Of a stretch of DNA of 64,000 nucleotides, positions 17,452 through 27,942 are shown one piece after another. The position numbers were made by a program, and so were the translations under genes. Every line of letters starts with the position of its first letter. Positions within the stretch are counted from its first letter, which is position 1. The stretch is from a virus. The stretch lies in the IMG/VR virus record IMGVR_UViG_3300031456_000002, positions 14,381 to 78,380 of that record; one strand, written 5' to 3'. The notes beneath the pieces were generated by a model. It was not told the origin of the DNA. It worked only from the letters and a program-made list of their open reading frames with translations, and made no database searches.

Positions 17452-17709
17452 TTAACCCATCAAGGTGGCAATTTGGGCTACCGTTTCAGCTACATAGTAT
17501 GCGGTACCAGCAGAGTTTGCGGCGGCACTGGAAGGAACTCGAATCAGGCCATAAACATTATAACCTGAACTAAGGCTCCTTTGTGGGGAGTTGGAGCAAT
17601 CCTCAACCAAGACTAGGCCAGCAGTAGGAAAGCCTATCTTTTTCGGCTGATCCCTATCCAGTACACGTGCATCAATCTGGTACACGTTTACGAAAAATAC
17701 ATTTGCCAT
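17452..17709 (-). CDS. hypothetical 85-aa protein, possible small virion protein
   Basis: Solitary antisense gene with its own terminator; Ala/Ser/Val-rich. Confidence 0.75.
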   Translation of the reverse strand: MANVFFVNVYQIDARVLDRDQPKKIGFPTAGLVLVEDCSNSPQRSLSSGYNVYGLIRVPSSAAANSAGTAYYVAETVAQIATLMG

Positions 17710-17761
17710 TGTTACAAAATTTTGAGATGTTCAATATATTGACCAGTAAAATTGAAGTTAA

Positions 17762-17793
17762 TTTGGGGCAATTGAATGGGTTGCATATATTTG
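17762..17793 (+). promoter_or_regulatory. Bacteroidota promoter of the RHH-groEL operon
   Basis: TTTG-N20-TATATTTG; both boxes lie in an ATTTGGGG direct repeat. Confidence 0.8.
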
Positions 17794-17817
17794 GGGACAT
17801 AGAAGGGTGATGGAATA

Positions 17818-17991
17818 ATGGCTAAAAAAGAGAAAAAAAGCAAATCTCCCGATTCAATGGAGGAAATAAGGTTCACTCTAAGTGTGTGGCATCATGAGAA
17901 ATTGAAGGCATGGGCCAAAGAAAATGGAATGTCAGTAAGGGCCGCTATCAGGTATTTAATCAATCAATTCTTTAAAGGAACATCATATTAG
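17818..17991 (+). CDS. ribbon-helix-helix (CopG/Arc-like) regulator, 57 aa, not in ORF track
   Basis: EIRFTLSVWHHEKLKAWAKENGMSVRAAIRYLINQFF. Confidence 0.8.
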   Translation: MAKKEKKSKSPDSMEEIRFTLSVWHHEKLKAWAKENGMSVRAAIRYLINQFFKGTSY

Positions 17992-17996
17992 TATTT

Positions 17997-19565
17997 ATGA
18001 ACAAGAAGACGCTTTATGGAGCCGAAGCAAGGGCTAAGTTATTGTCAGGAGTTAAGAAAATCGCAGCAGCGGTCAAGGTGACCTTAGGCCCGATGGGTCG
18101 GAACGTTCTTATATCGCAAAGCATGGTTATTGATTATGGGGTGCATAATCTTCCCATCCATGTTACGAAAGACGGATATACGACTACTAGGGCGTTTGAG
18201 ATCAATGATGATCCTTTTGAACAAGCTGGCGTGTTAATGATAAAAGAAGCGGCTCAGAAATCAGTAGATCAGGCTGGTGACGGCACAACAACAACAGTGG
18301 TGTTAGCTGAGGCTATTGTTGAAAAGGCAATCGAAGCCATTGTCGCAGGAGGTAATCCAGTCGAGTTGAAGCGCAGTATTGATAAGGGGGTGCAGGAGGT
18401 AGTAGAACAGCTTAAGGGAATGGCCATTCCTATTAAAGGGAATATTGATCGTATCCGACAAATCGCGACCATTTCGGCTAACAACGATTCGGCAATGGGG
18501 GAATTAATAGCAGATGCCTTTAGTAAAATAGGAGAAGAAGGGGTTATTGATCTTGAAAAAGGGCAATCAGTGAATACAGAAATAAGAATTGCCGATGGCT
18601 ACAAATGGGATCAAAGTTGGGTAAGTCCTTATTTCATTAATAATAAGGAGAAGCAAATATGCGAATTCGAAAACCCTATTATTCTATTGTATGATAAAAT
18701 GATAAAACATCATACTCAGATTATAAGAGCCCTGGAGTTGATTCAGAAAAGCGGCAGACCGCTATTGATAGTTTGCGAAGATTCTATTGAAGAAGGGTTA
18801 TCAACATTAGCGGTTAATAATCTACAAGGACGATTCAAGATATGTGTAGTAAAATCCCCCGAGTTCAATGAAAAAAGAAGAGAAGCGATGGAGGATATTG
18901 CATTGATTACCGGCGCTACCTATATCAGCGATACGAAAGGCATTGATATAAAGGAAATGGAATTCGACCATTTTGGGCATGCAAAGAAGGTATTGGTAAC
19001 GAAAGAAGAAACTGTTATTATCGGAGGCGCGGGGAATAAGGAGGACTTGGAAAACCTTCTGAATGAACTGAAGATAAATATGGTTCAAGCAAAGAATGAA
19101 GACGAAAGTGCGCCTATCGAAAGAAGGATAGCGAAGTTAACAGGGGGAGTAGCTGTTATTTCAGTTGGAGCGGCTACGGAAACTGAAATGAAAGAGAAAC
19201 TGGATAGATTTGATGATGCCGTAAGGGCTGTTAAAGCTGCATTGAGTGAAGGATTTATCGTTGGTGGCGGCACAGCCTTTTTACGGGTAAAAACTTCAAG
19301 TGATATAATAAATAGCATACTTCGTATTCCTCTATGGCAAATTTGTAGCAACGCTGGCAAAGAAAGTTCCGCTGATCGTATTATACATGATGTAGAATCT
19401 TTCAAAAACAATGTTGGGTATAACGCCAAAACTGATCAAATCGTAGACTTGATTGATGCTGGGGTTATTGACCCGGCTAAAGTGTTGAGATGTGCTATTA
19501 CTAATGCAGCTTCGAGCGCAGGTATGATCATTACGACTGAGGCTCTTATTTGTGACACTATGTAA
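17997..19565 (+). CDS. groEL: chaperonin GroEL (Cpn60)
   Basis: TLGPMGRNV, TKDG, AGDGTTT, ATISANND, ERRIAKLTGGVAVI.VGAATETEMKEK, GVIDPAKV; no GGM tail. Confidence 0.97.
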   Translation: MNKKTLYGAEARAKLLSGVKKIAAAVKVTLGPMGRNVLISQSMVIDYGVHNLPIHVTKDGYTTTRAFEINDDPFEQAGVLMIKEAAQKSVDQAGDGTTTTVVLAEAIVEKAIEAIVAGGNPVELKRSIDKGVQEVVEQLKGMAIPIKGNIDRIRQIATISANNDSAMGELIADAFSKIGEEGVIDLEKGQSVNTEIRIADGYKWDQSWVSPYFINNKEKQICEFENPIILLYDKMIKHHTQIIRALELIQKSGRPLLIVCEDSIEEGLSTLAVNNLQGRFKICVVKSPEFNEKRREAMEDIALITGATYISDTKGIDIKEMEFDHFGHAKKVLVTKEETVIIGGAGNKEDLENLLNELKINMVQAKNEDESAPIERRIAKLTGGVAVISVGAATETEMKEKLDRFDDAVRAVKAALSEGFIVGGGTAFLRVKTSSDIINSILRIPLWQICSNAGKESSADRIIHDVESFKNNVGYNAKTDQIVDLIDAGVIDPAKVLRCAITNAASSAGMIITTEALICDTM

Positions 19566-19574
19566 TTTAAAATT

Positions 19575-19841
19575 ATGCCAATTCAAGCAACCAATAATTT
19601 TGTATTTGTAACGAGAGAAAAGGCTGAATCCGAAAAGTCTGGTATTTATATTCCAGATCAAGGCCGTGAAAAGCCAAACGAGGGAATAATTGTTACTATT
19701 GGAGATTTAGTGCAGGATAAAAAAGTAAAGGCGTCTAAAAATAAGAAATGTCTTTTTTTTAAAGGGGCTGGCTTTACTGTGCCATATCAAGGAGTGGAAT
19801 ACTTGGTATTAACTTCTGATCAAATTATTGCCATTCTATGA
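19575..19841 (+). CDS. groES: co-chaperonin GroES (Cpn10)
   Basis: SGIYIP mobile loop, EKPNEGIIV.IG, EYLVL...IIAIL; follows groEL. Confidence 0.9.
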   Translation: MPIQATNNFVFVTREKAESEKSGIYIPDQGREKPNEGIIVTIGDLVQDKKVKASKNKKCLFFKGAGFTVPYQGVEYLVLTSDQIIAIL

Positions 19842-20383
19842 GTTATCCTGTCAACGGTAAGATTCTTGTATCAGTGAATATGAAGCAGAAGGATGAAGCT
19901 ATCATTGCGGGTATAAAGATCAAGATGGGGATCAAGTTCGATAATAATCATCGGGAGAAGTCGCCAGTAATAGCCAGAGTTGAACAGGATAATGGTTATT
20001 TGAAAGTGGGAGAATTAATAATATGCCACCACAATCATTATTATCACCCATCGCCATACTTCTTGTATGAGTGCTATTATAGCATCCCGGTTAACCATAC
20101 CATTTTTGCCATCTTGCATGAAGATGGCTCCCTCACGCCAGCCTATGGCAATATTTTAGGAGAAAAGATTGATATTGAATCTTCTATACTGCTACCAGTT
20201 GACCAGCGGAAGAAATACACCGATCGAATAAAAATAACCCAAAGCAGTAATCCTAATTATCGGGAAGGGCAGGTCATATTCACGCGCCCTTCAGCTCCCT
20301 ATGATATTGTTTATAACTTCGGCAGTATTATAAAAAGAGTCACAAAAGTCTGGGATGAAATGGTTTGCGGGGTGTTAAAATAA
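19838..20383 (+). CDS. tandem GroES-like protein
   Basis: Two degenerate Cpn10-like units (P.NGKILV...LKVGELI; P.YGNIL...ILLP...YREGQVI). Confidence 0.55.
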   Translation: MSYPVNGKILVSVNMKQKDEAIIAGIKIKMGIKFDNNHREKSPVIARVEQDNGYLKVGELIICHHNHYYHPSPYFLYECYYSIPVNHTIFAILHEDGSLTPAYGNILGEKIDIESSILLPVDQRKKYTDRIKITQSSNPNYREGQVIFTRPSAPYDIVYNFGSIIKRVTKVWDEMVCGVLK

Positions 20384-20415
20384 AAAATCCTTATTTTTAG
20401 TAAAATTTTACTATA

Positions 20416-22920
20416 ATGCCGGAAATATATCAATCCAATCAAAACCAACCCTCTTTCTCTGATCCTTTGCTCAATAGACTGTTCTTGTCACCGGCTGAAA
20501 AAAAGGACAAAGAGCGTGGCAAGAAAATGGTAAAAGAGTTCTATCAGCTTCAAACAAATTCAAGCGCCTCAACAAATTATTTCCGACTTCGCAACCTCAA
20601 GTGGACTGAACTTTTGCTCTGGTGCAAGGGTAGTCAAGCAATGACAGAGTTTCTTGATTACATGAATATAGAGTCGGCAAACAAATCGTTTGTGAATATT
20701 GATTACACACAGAGCCGTATAGCCGCACAATTCATGGGTACTTTAATCGAGAGCATGGCAAAGAATAAATCGTATCCCTGTGTCACTGCAATCGATGATG
20801 GTTCGGTTAGTGAGAAAGAAGATAGATTATTTGATGCGTTATATAGAATGCATGATGTAGAGGTTATCAATGATATTCAACAGAAATCGGGGGTAATGGT
20901 AGAACCTCCAAATGCATTTGTCCCTGATGATGAAATGTCTGCGAGAGTGTACTTTGAGTTGGAGGATAGGTTACCGAAGGAAATACGATTCGAGAAGTTA
21001 TTGAACGCTACACAGGCTGCTATTAAGTTTGAGCGGGTATTGAATCGGAAAACGCTGTTTGATTTAACAGTATTGAATTTCGGTGCTACGAAGATTGAAA
21101 AATGTGGCCCCAAAGAATATACGGTAAGAAAATGTATTCCCACTAATATGGTATTCAATTTCTTTTTAAATGATACTAGTGAGCATGAAGTAGATATGGT
21201 GGGCGAGTTCTACAACCTGAAAGTAAAAGATGCTCGTTATAAAATACCAGGCATTACTGAGAAAGAATTATTTAACCTAGCAAAGTTTTCAACTACTAAA
21301 AATATCGGAACGTTCAATTATATGTGGAATGATAATTGGGCGTTAACTACATTTAATCAGAATAGGCCATATGATGATTGTTCTATTCTGGTTTTTGATT
21401 GCGAAATAAATTGCGGGGAGGATATTTATTATGTCGAAAAACCCGATACGTTCGGCAGGATGAATATCGAAAAGAAAAATGGCATTCCCTATCAGCAAAC
21501 AAAGAAAGACGGTACTGTCATCGAGCAGGACAAGCCAGAAGATGTTGAAATAATCAAGCGCAAAAAGAATACGTGGATGCGTGGCATCTACGCTCCTTAT
21601 GGAGATATGATGCTTTACTGGGGGGCTCCTGATTTAATTATCACTCCTTACACCAATACAGCAAAGCCGCTTTCTTCTTATAGCATTAACATTCCTAATA
21701 ACGATGGTGAATATGTGCCTTCTCTTTTTGAAAGGGGAATGGAAGTTTTGCGGGAGTTGCAGTTAACCAAATTAAAAAGAAAGCAATTAATAGCTAAGAT
21801 CAAACCGTCCGGTATTCGTATTGATGTTGAAAGCGCCCGTAATCTTGATTTAGGAAGCGGAGATACAATCCCATGGGAAGAAGTAGTACGCATCTACGAT
21901 CAAACCGGTAATGAGCTTTGGAGTAGCAAAGGGGTAGACCCATTGCAACGGGAAGCGCCACCATTAAGTAATACAGTTCGAGACGAAAGCATAGATAAGG
22001 TTATCGGCCTTACAAGTATAATAGCCAGCATGGTGCTGGAGCTTCGCCAATTATGGGGGGTGCCTCAGTACCGGGATGGAAGCGATGTGGGAGATAGAAC
22101 ACCTGCAAAATTAGCAGAAGGACAAAACCAAAGTTCATTCAATGTTACTGATTTCATTCTTAATGGGAACAACCAACTTTGGGAAGAAACGTTTTACAAA
22201 TTATGTTTACTCCATTGGAATGATATAGCAAAAGAAGAACCAGAATCTGAAAACGACATGCTGAATACTCGGTTTGATATTCGGGTAAAAACCAAATCAA
22301 CAGAATACGAAAGAGAAAGATTAGAGGCTGACATTCAGCGATTCAGCCAAATGCCAGATGCACAAGGCAACCCATCCATTACATTGAAGGACGCAATGAT
22401 GATCCGGGAAATAATGGATGAATACAATTACAAATTAGCTACATGGTATTTAACAACTACCTATGATAAGAACCGGAAAAACGCAATGGAGGAAAGCGCT
22501 AAGTTGCAGACCCAAAACCAGCAGTTACAGGGGCAAGTAGCACAGGAATCGGCTAAGAAGGCAATGGAATTACAGTTGCAGAAAATAGAAGCCGAAAAAG
22601 AATTAGCGGAGCACAAAGCGCTTCAAGATATGAAAGTAGAATTGATTCGGGGATCGTTCACTATTGCGGCCAAAGCAGAAAACCCACAAATGCCGGCATG
22701 GTTGAATACGGTAATAGGTCAATTAATACCCAACATAGTTGTTCCTATTGCGCAAGAAAATAAAGATATGGCCGAAGAGGTTGCAGCACAAGAACAACAA
22801 GAACAACAAGAAGCTCAACAAGCCAAAATGCAAGATCAATTAGCGCAATTGCCTCCTGAGCAGCAACAGGCGGCGATGGAACAGATGCAACAACAAGGAC
22901 AATCAGAACAAATGCAGTAG
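20416..22920 (+). CDS. portal protein
   Basis: 834 aa; position before terminase and capsid; TG...RDGS-type motif (WGVPQYRDGS); Gln-rich coiled-coil tail. Confidence 0.8.
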   Translation: MPEIYQSNQNQPSFSDPLLNRLFLSPAEKKDKERGKKMVKEFYQLQTNSSASTNYFRLRNLKWTELLLWCKGSQAMTEFLDYMNIESANKSFVNIDYTQSRIAAQFMGTLIESMAKNKSYPCVTAIDDGSVSEKEDRLFDALYRMHDVEVINDIQQKSGVMVEPPNAFVPDDEMSARVYFELEDRLPKEIRFEKLLNATQAAIKFERVLNRKTLFDLTVLNFGATKIEKCGPKEYTVRKCIPTNMVFNFFLNDTSEHEVDMVGEFYNLKVKDARYKIPGITEKELFNLAKFSTTKNIGTFNYMWNDNWALTTFNQNRPYDDCSILVFDCEINCGEDIYYVEKPDTFGRMNIEKKNGIPYQQTKKDGTVIEQDKPEDVEIIKRKKNTWMRGIYAPYGDMMLYWGAPDLIITPYTNTAKPLSSYSINIPNNDGEYVPSLFERGMEVLRELQLTKLKRKQLIAKIKPSGIRIDVESARNLDLGSGDTIPWEEVVRIYDQTGNELWSSKGVDPLQREAPPLSNTVRDESIDKVIGLTSIIASMVLELRQLWGVPQYRDGSDVGDRTPAKLAEGQNQSSFNVTDFILNGNNQLWEETFYKLCLLHWNDIAKEEPESENDMLNTRFDIRVKTKSTEYERERLEADIQRFSQMPDAQGNPSITLKDAMMIREIMDEYNYKLATWYLTTTYDKNRKNAMEESAKLQTQNQQLQGQVAQESAKKAMELQLQKIEAEKELAEHKALQDMKVELIRGSFTIAAKAENPQMPAWLNTVIGQLIPNIVVPIAQENKDMAEEVAAQEQQEQQEAQQAKMQDQLAQLPPEQQQAAMEQMQQQGQSEQMQ

Positions 22921-22921
22921 T

Positions 22922-25048
22922 ATGGGAGAGGTATTGATTCAGGGGATTTTATGCAAGCATCGGGATTTAGGTAAATCTTCAGTGACGGAAGATGGCGAAT
23001 TAATCGAGGGAGAAGATATACTGTTTTCGGATTTACCACAGGATGAACAATATTTCAGAAAGACCGAACACCCTTTTAATGATGACGACCTAGTTGCTAT
23101 TGCTAACAGAGAACTAGCTTATCAGGGATTTACCAAAATTCAAAAACAATGGTTAGATAGAGAGAATAAGAGATTTGAAGAAGGAGTGTATTGTTATATT
23201 GACGGCATTCTTACTTACATCCCAGGCCCTTATTATTGTTACGTAAATTATTGGACGCTTGAGCATGGGGAGAAACCAGAATATCGGGAAGATGATAGAC
23301 TTTTCTTTTTATTCCATGAATATTTACGGTTAGAGACAATTATACTAGCGCTTACCCGACTTAAAGGCCGCCGCCAAGGAGCCACTTCTATTGGCATGTT
23401 TTTCATGTGGTTTATTGCCGGCAAAAAAGAGCATAAATTATGCGGGACAACCTCATTCAATGATGGTGCTGCACAAGATAATTTCCAGAAAATGTTTATG
23501 TATGGATTCAAGGCTCTCCTCCCTTGTTTCCAAGCTGATTTTGATAGCGATAGCGATAATTTTATTCGTTTTGTAAAGCCGGTAGAGAAAAAGAAAAAAG
23601 GTGTTCTTGCAGTTAAACGCGAAGGATTAAATAGTTATTGTGATTATAAGTCGAATGTAATAAGTTCGTATGATAGTGGCCGTCAGTCATATAACGTTCC
23701 GGACGAAGGAGGAAAGAGAAGTAAATTAAATATAAACTCTTATTGGTCGCGATTATATAAGACATTCCTTATAGGTAAAAATAAAGTAGGATTTGGATAC
23801 TTGCCTACTACGGTTGGGGCTAAGAAAGAAGGCGGCGAACATTACAAGTTATTTTACGAAAACTCTAATCAGCATAAAATTGATAAAGAAACTGGGGAGC
23901 CAGTTGGATTAAATACTCCCAATAGATGCGTTCGATATTTTGTCCCAGCAACACATTGTTATGCCGGGTGTATTGATAAATTTGGCAGAAGCGTAGTTGA
24001 TGACCCTAAGGAGCCGATTATGGGGAATGATGGGAAGTGGATAACAGAAGGATCGAGAACTATTCTGCTAAGGGAGCGAAAGGTAATTGAAGATAATATC
24101 CAAGCCGGGATAGGGGATATGGAACAGCTTATGGAGCATAGGCGAGATTATCCCCTTGATGAATGGGATGCCTTTGCATTTGAGGCCGGGACTTGCGAGT
24201 TTAACGAAGAGAATTTTAAAAATCAAATCAAATTCTTAGAAGATAATCCGCAGGCAGCATTTTGGCGGCGAGGTAGATGGGATGATAATTATGATAAAGA
24301 AAAGAAAAAGATTATTGTAAAGTGGATAGATGATCCGAAAGGGGAGTGCTGGATTGAGGAATTTGCAGAAGAGGATAATTTATATGCAGATTTCAATGGG
24401 ACAATAGAGCCATTAAATGAAATAATGTATAGCATAGGCGCTGATACTTATAAAAACATATTTGCCGATGGGGGCTCAGATGGCGCTATCTCGGTAATGA
24501 AAAAATCATGCATCATAGATGGGAAGGAAACAGGGCTAAAGCCTGTGTTTTTCTTTGTAGGGAGACCAAAATTAATTAAACAGTTCAATAGGCAAATGTT
24601 CCTAACATGTCTGTATTTTGGTGCTAAAGTGAATGTTGAGAGAGATGCTGGTACATGGTTTTATGAGGATTTTTTAGAATGGGATGCTTTGCAATTGCTA
24701 GAATGGAGTCCGGCCGTGGATATAACTAAGCCTAATCGTAAAATATTACCAGGCACCGAATCAGCAAATCCTTTTGAATTGGCCAAACAGTTAGAAGTAT
24801 TAAAATTATATTATGATGGGAATAGTGCTATTTCATATAATGGCAATGTACATAGAGTAACTTATTTGCCATTGCTTAAAGACAGCTATGCATATAATCA
24901 CGCAGAACGCACACCTTACCATTTGTCGGTCAGTCTGGCAATGGCTTTACTTCCAATGTTAGGAAGACCACGTCCCCGTGGCGGTGAAAGGCCAAACGCA
25001 AAGCCTAAGTTTATTATGCCACAAAAGAAAATTAAACTTCCTTCTTAG
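22922..25048 (+). CDS. terminase large subunit
   Basis: LKGRRQGATS Walker A; PDEGGK Walker B; YSIGADT, GSDGA, VNVE nuclease motifs. Confidence 0.9.
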   Translation: MGEVLIQGILCKHRDLGKSSVTEDGELIEGEDILFSDLPQDEQYFRKTEHPFNDDDLVAIANRELAYQGFTKIQKQWLDRENKRFEEGVYCYIDGILTYIPGPYYCYVNYWTLEHGEKPEYREDDRLFFLFHEYLRLETIILALTRLKGRRQGATSIGMFFMWFIAGKKEHKLCGTTSFNDGAAQDNFQKMFMYGFKALLPCFQADFDSDSDNFIRFVKPVEKKKKGVLAVKREGLNSYCDYKSNVISSYDSGRQSYNVPDEGGKRSKLNINSYWSRLYKTFLIGKNKVGFGYLPTTVGAKKEGGEHYKLFYENSNQHKIDKETGEPVGLNTPNRCVRYFVPATHCYAGCIDKFGRSVVDDPKEPIMGNDGKWITEGSRTILLRERKVIEDNIQAGIGDMEQLMEHRRDYPLDEWDAFAFEAGTCEFNEENFKNQIKFLEDNPQAAFWRRGRWDDNYDKEKKKIIVKWIDDPKGECWIEEFAEEDNLYADFNGTIEPLNEIMYSIGADTYKNIFADGGSDGAISVMKKSCIIDGKETGLKPVFFFVGRPKLIKQFNRQMFLTCLYFGAKVNVERDAGTWFYEDFLEWDALQLLEWSPAVDITKPNRKILPGTESANPFELAKQLEVLKLYYDGNSAISYNGNVHRVTYLPLLKDSYAYNHAERTPYHLSVSLAMALLPMLGRPRPRGGERPNAKPKFIMPQKKIKLPS

Positions 25049-25214
25049 ACGCCTGTTTTAATGTAGACATAATTCCAGCCCATTCTTTCACTATCTGGAT
25101 AATAGTGTGTTTCTGAGAATATTTCCCTTGCTTCTTGATGGCTTTCATTTCTGCTTGCTTTATTAATACTGCTTTTCTTGCGTCTGCTGGGAAGTCTTTT
25201 AAAAGATTCGACAT
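25032..25214 (-). CDS. small basic protein, probable RHH/Arc-like regulator
   Basis: MSNLLKDFPADARKAVLIKQAE...SQKHTIIQIVKEW; TACCTTAG box upstream; divergent from scaffold-capsid operon. Confidence 0.6.
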   Translation of the reverse strand: MSNLLKDFPADARKAVLIKQAEMKAIKKQGKYSQKHTIIQIVKEWAGIMSTLKQASKKEV

Positions 25215-25319
25215 ACTTATCAGGACTTTAGGTGATCTAAGGTAACCAATAAATTTAAAACGCAAAAATTCAACCTTTTATAAGAAGTATTTTTACTTCA
25301 AATAAAAACATTCCCAGAA

Positions 25320-26489
25320 ATGGCCGACAATGTAATTGAACAAACAGCACCAGAAACACAAGTAGTAGAACAACAGGCAGAGCCTCAATTTGATTTGGCG
25401 GCTCAAATGGCGATTGCCTTAAATGGCGGCATCGTTCCACAACAGCCCGAAGCTACTGCAACTACTACCACCGAACCAGCAGCAGCAACGGTTGCAGATA
25501 CAGCCGTAAATGATCCATTCGGGTTGTTTAAAGAAAAATTCGGGTATGAAAACCAGGAGGCAGCGTTTAAAGAAATTGAAGAATTACGTGCATTTAAAGC
25601 ACAGCCGCGCACCCCTGAATTTCAAGTACCGGATGATGAAAGTGCTGCTATTTTAAAAGCTCTCGTTGCCGGTAAGAAAGAAGAAGTATGGAAGCTTTTG
25701 GATCATGATATGAGGGTTGACCGGTTTGTGAACGCCGAAGTCAACAAAGACAATGCCGGGGATATTGTGAAAATGGGTATGCAGTTAAAATATAAAGACC
25801 TTACCCCCGAAGAAATAAACTATAAGTTCAATAAGCAATTTTCTATCCCTCCTAAACCTGTTCAAGCGCTTGAAGAAGAAGATGCCGATTACCAACAAAG
25901 AATAGACGGTTGGCAGGAACAGGTTACAGACAAACAAATGGAGTTAATGATCGAGGCTAAACTTGCAAAGCCCGAAATCTCCAATGCAAAAGGTAAATAC
26001 GTATTCCCCGAAATAGAATCTCCTGTAGACGAAGGGTACATCCAATATAAGAAAATGTTGGAAGACAATGCCCAAGCCGATAAGGAGACAAAAGAAGCAT
26101 ACAAAGCCTTAACGCCAAAAGCGGTCGAAACCAAAATCAATTTTAAGGATGAAGCCAATAAAATTGGATTTGAATTTCAATTTGAACCGGATGCGGAAGG
26201 CTTTGCAAAGGCTGTAGAAATCGCATCGAATGCTGACTTGTTTTGGCAAAACTTCATGAATCCGGACGGAAGCCCGAATCGCCAGAAGTTTTTAGATGCT
26301 ATTTATTACTCCAATAACAAAGAAAAAGTTCTAATGTCCGCTCTGAATCAGTCTAAAAATGCTACGATCAAAGCAAGTTTACCTGATAATTCACAAGGGG
26401 GATTGGTACGTCAAATACCACAAACCCAAGAGCCAAACGAATTAGAAAAGAATATGCGTGCTGCCTTATCGGGATACGGTGGATTTTAA
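25320..26489 (+). CDS. probable capsid scaffolding protein
   Basis: Acidic helical protein immediately upstream of the major capsid gene. Confidence 0.65.
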   Translation: MADNVIEQTAPETQVVEQQAEPQFDLAAQMAIALNGGIVPQQPEATATTTTEPAAATVADTAVNDPFGLFKEKFGYENQEAAFKEIEELRAFKAQPRTPEFQVPDDESAAILKALVAGKKEEVWKLLDHDMRVDRFVNAEVNKDNAGDIVKMGMQLKYKDLTPEEINYKFNKQFSIPPKPVQALEEEDADYQQRIDGWQEQVTDKQMELMIEAKLAKPEISNAKGKYVFPEIESPVDEGYIQYKKMLEDNAQADKETKEAYKALTPKAVETKINFKDEANKIGFEFQFEPDAEGFAKAVEIASNADLFWQNFMNPDGSPNRQKFLDAIYYSNNKEKVLMSALNQSKNATIKASLPDNSQGGLVRQIPQTQEPNELEKNMRAALSGYGGF

Positions 26490-26522
26490 AAAACATCTAC
26501 TAACATCTTAATTTAATAAGCT

Positions 26523-27929
26523 ATGCCTAGTGCAATAGTTAGAGGCGCGACCGGTCAACCGGGTACAGTGGCGTATCCTTCCGGCCTAACCACAGGTATT
26601 TTCAACGAACTGAACTTCGTAATCCCAGATTATATCCCAGGCTTAATAGCCAAATACGGTAATGAATCGTACATGCTGGCTGCCGAAATTCTGGGTAATT
26701 CTAATATCGAGCAGGTAAACACTACAACCAATACATTCTCCCACTTTGAAAAGAGCCGTATTTATGGTTCTGGTTTAGTGGCAACTACTGTAGCTGCCGG
26801 CGCGAGCGGTGCTGCCGTAAACGTGACATTGAAGAGTCCAGAATCCTATAATAATGGCACAACAGGTACTCAATCTCCGTTTCTATTAAATCAAACCGTT
26901 AAATTCCGCTCGAATGGTTTGAAATTCAAGGTAACCAATATCACCCGTACAACCAGTGCGTTTGTAGTTGAGCTTACCCCGATGGGAGCCTATACTGTTC
27001 ACTCCGGCACAGGTGCCACTGTTCTTGCTGGTGAAGGTCTGGAAACATTTGGTAATCAGCTAGCTGGTGAAGCATCCGATAGCCAGGGTACACAGCAGCC
27101 TAAATTGTATCGCTACGACAATACGGCTACAGTTTTACGTGCTTCTGTGAAAGCAAGCGATTTGGCTGGAATGAATAAGACGCAAATTGATTTCGGGAAC
27201 GGCAGTCACTATCTTCCAACTTTAGCCATCACCACGATGAACCGTGTAATGATGACTAACATCGAAGATGCAGTTATGGAAGGTGTTCCTTATTCAAATA
27301 TTTCTGGAACTGTAGGCACGGTAGGTGTATTACCTGATGTTGCCGCACGTGGTTCAGAAGTGGATTATGTTCAGGGCAACTTCATAATTGGCGATTTCCA
27401 GAATTTCACAAACGTACTGGATTCTAATGGCGGCCCCCGCGAATATCACTTCTTACAAGATTTGAAACAACGTCAGGATATAAATAACCTGTTATTCGGC
27501 GTTTATCGTAATGGTGCAATCAGTTATGGATCAGTAGGTACAAGCGCAGAAGCCGCAGTGTCTTATGGCTTCAAAAGCTTCTCAACCGATACTTTTGACT
27601 TCCACTTCCACCGTTACAAAGGATTCACCGCTCAGGCACTATTTGGATATACGCCTACCGTTGGCGATTATCGCGCATATTTCGGCTTCGGTGTGCCACA
27701 AGGCATGACCGTGGATGCAAAGGATTCAAGCACAAGACCTTATATGCAGTGGGTTTATCAGCAAAATCCGGATATTCCGACAAGTCAGAGGATCTATAGC
27801 TGGGATCTGGGTTACACCAAGAACACGAAGACTACTGAGGCTAGTAACAAATATGAACAAATTAGTTACGTTGGTTCGAGAGTTACGGCCGCAGAGCAGT
27901 TCAGCCTGCTGCGTGGGATCGTATCATAA
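26523..27929 (+). CDS. major capsid protein
   Basis: 468 aa; position after scaffold; YGFKSF motif; followed by a strong hairpin. Confidence 0.85.
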   Translation: MPSAIVRGATGQPGTVAYPSGLTTGIFNELNFVIPDYIPGLIAKYGNESYMLAAEILGNSNIEQVNTTTNTFSHFEKSRIYGSGLVATTVAAGASGAAVNVTLKSPESYNNGTTGTQSPFLLNQTVKFRSNGLKFKVTNITRTTSAFVVELTPMGAYTVHSGTGATVLAGEGLETFGNQLAGEASDSQGTQQPKLYRYDNTATVLRASVKASDLAGMNKTQIDFGNGSHYLPTLAITTMNRVMMTNIEDAVMEGVPYSNISGTVGTVGVLPDVAARGSEVDYVQGNFIIGDFQNFTNVLDSNGGPREYHFLQDLKQRQDINNLLFGVYRNGAISYGSVGTSAEAAVSYGFKSFSTDTFDFHFHRYKGFTAQALFGYTPTVGDYRAYFGFGVPQGMTVDAKDSSTRPYMQWVYQQNPDIPTSQRIYSWDLGYTKNTKTTEASNKYEQISYVGSRVTAAEQFSLLRGIVS

Positions 27930-27942
27930 TTAGTATATTTGA

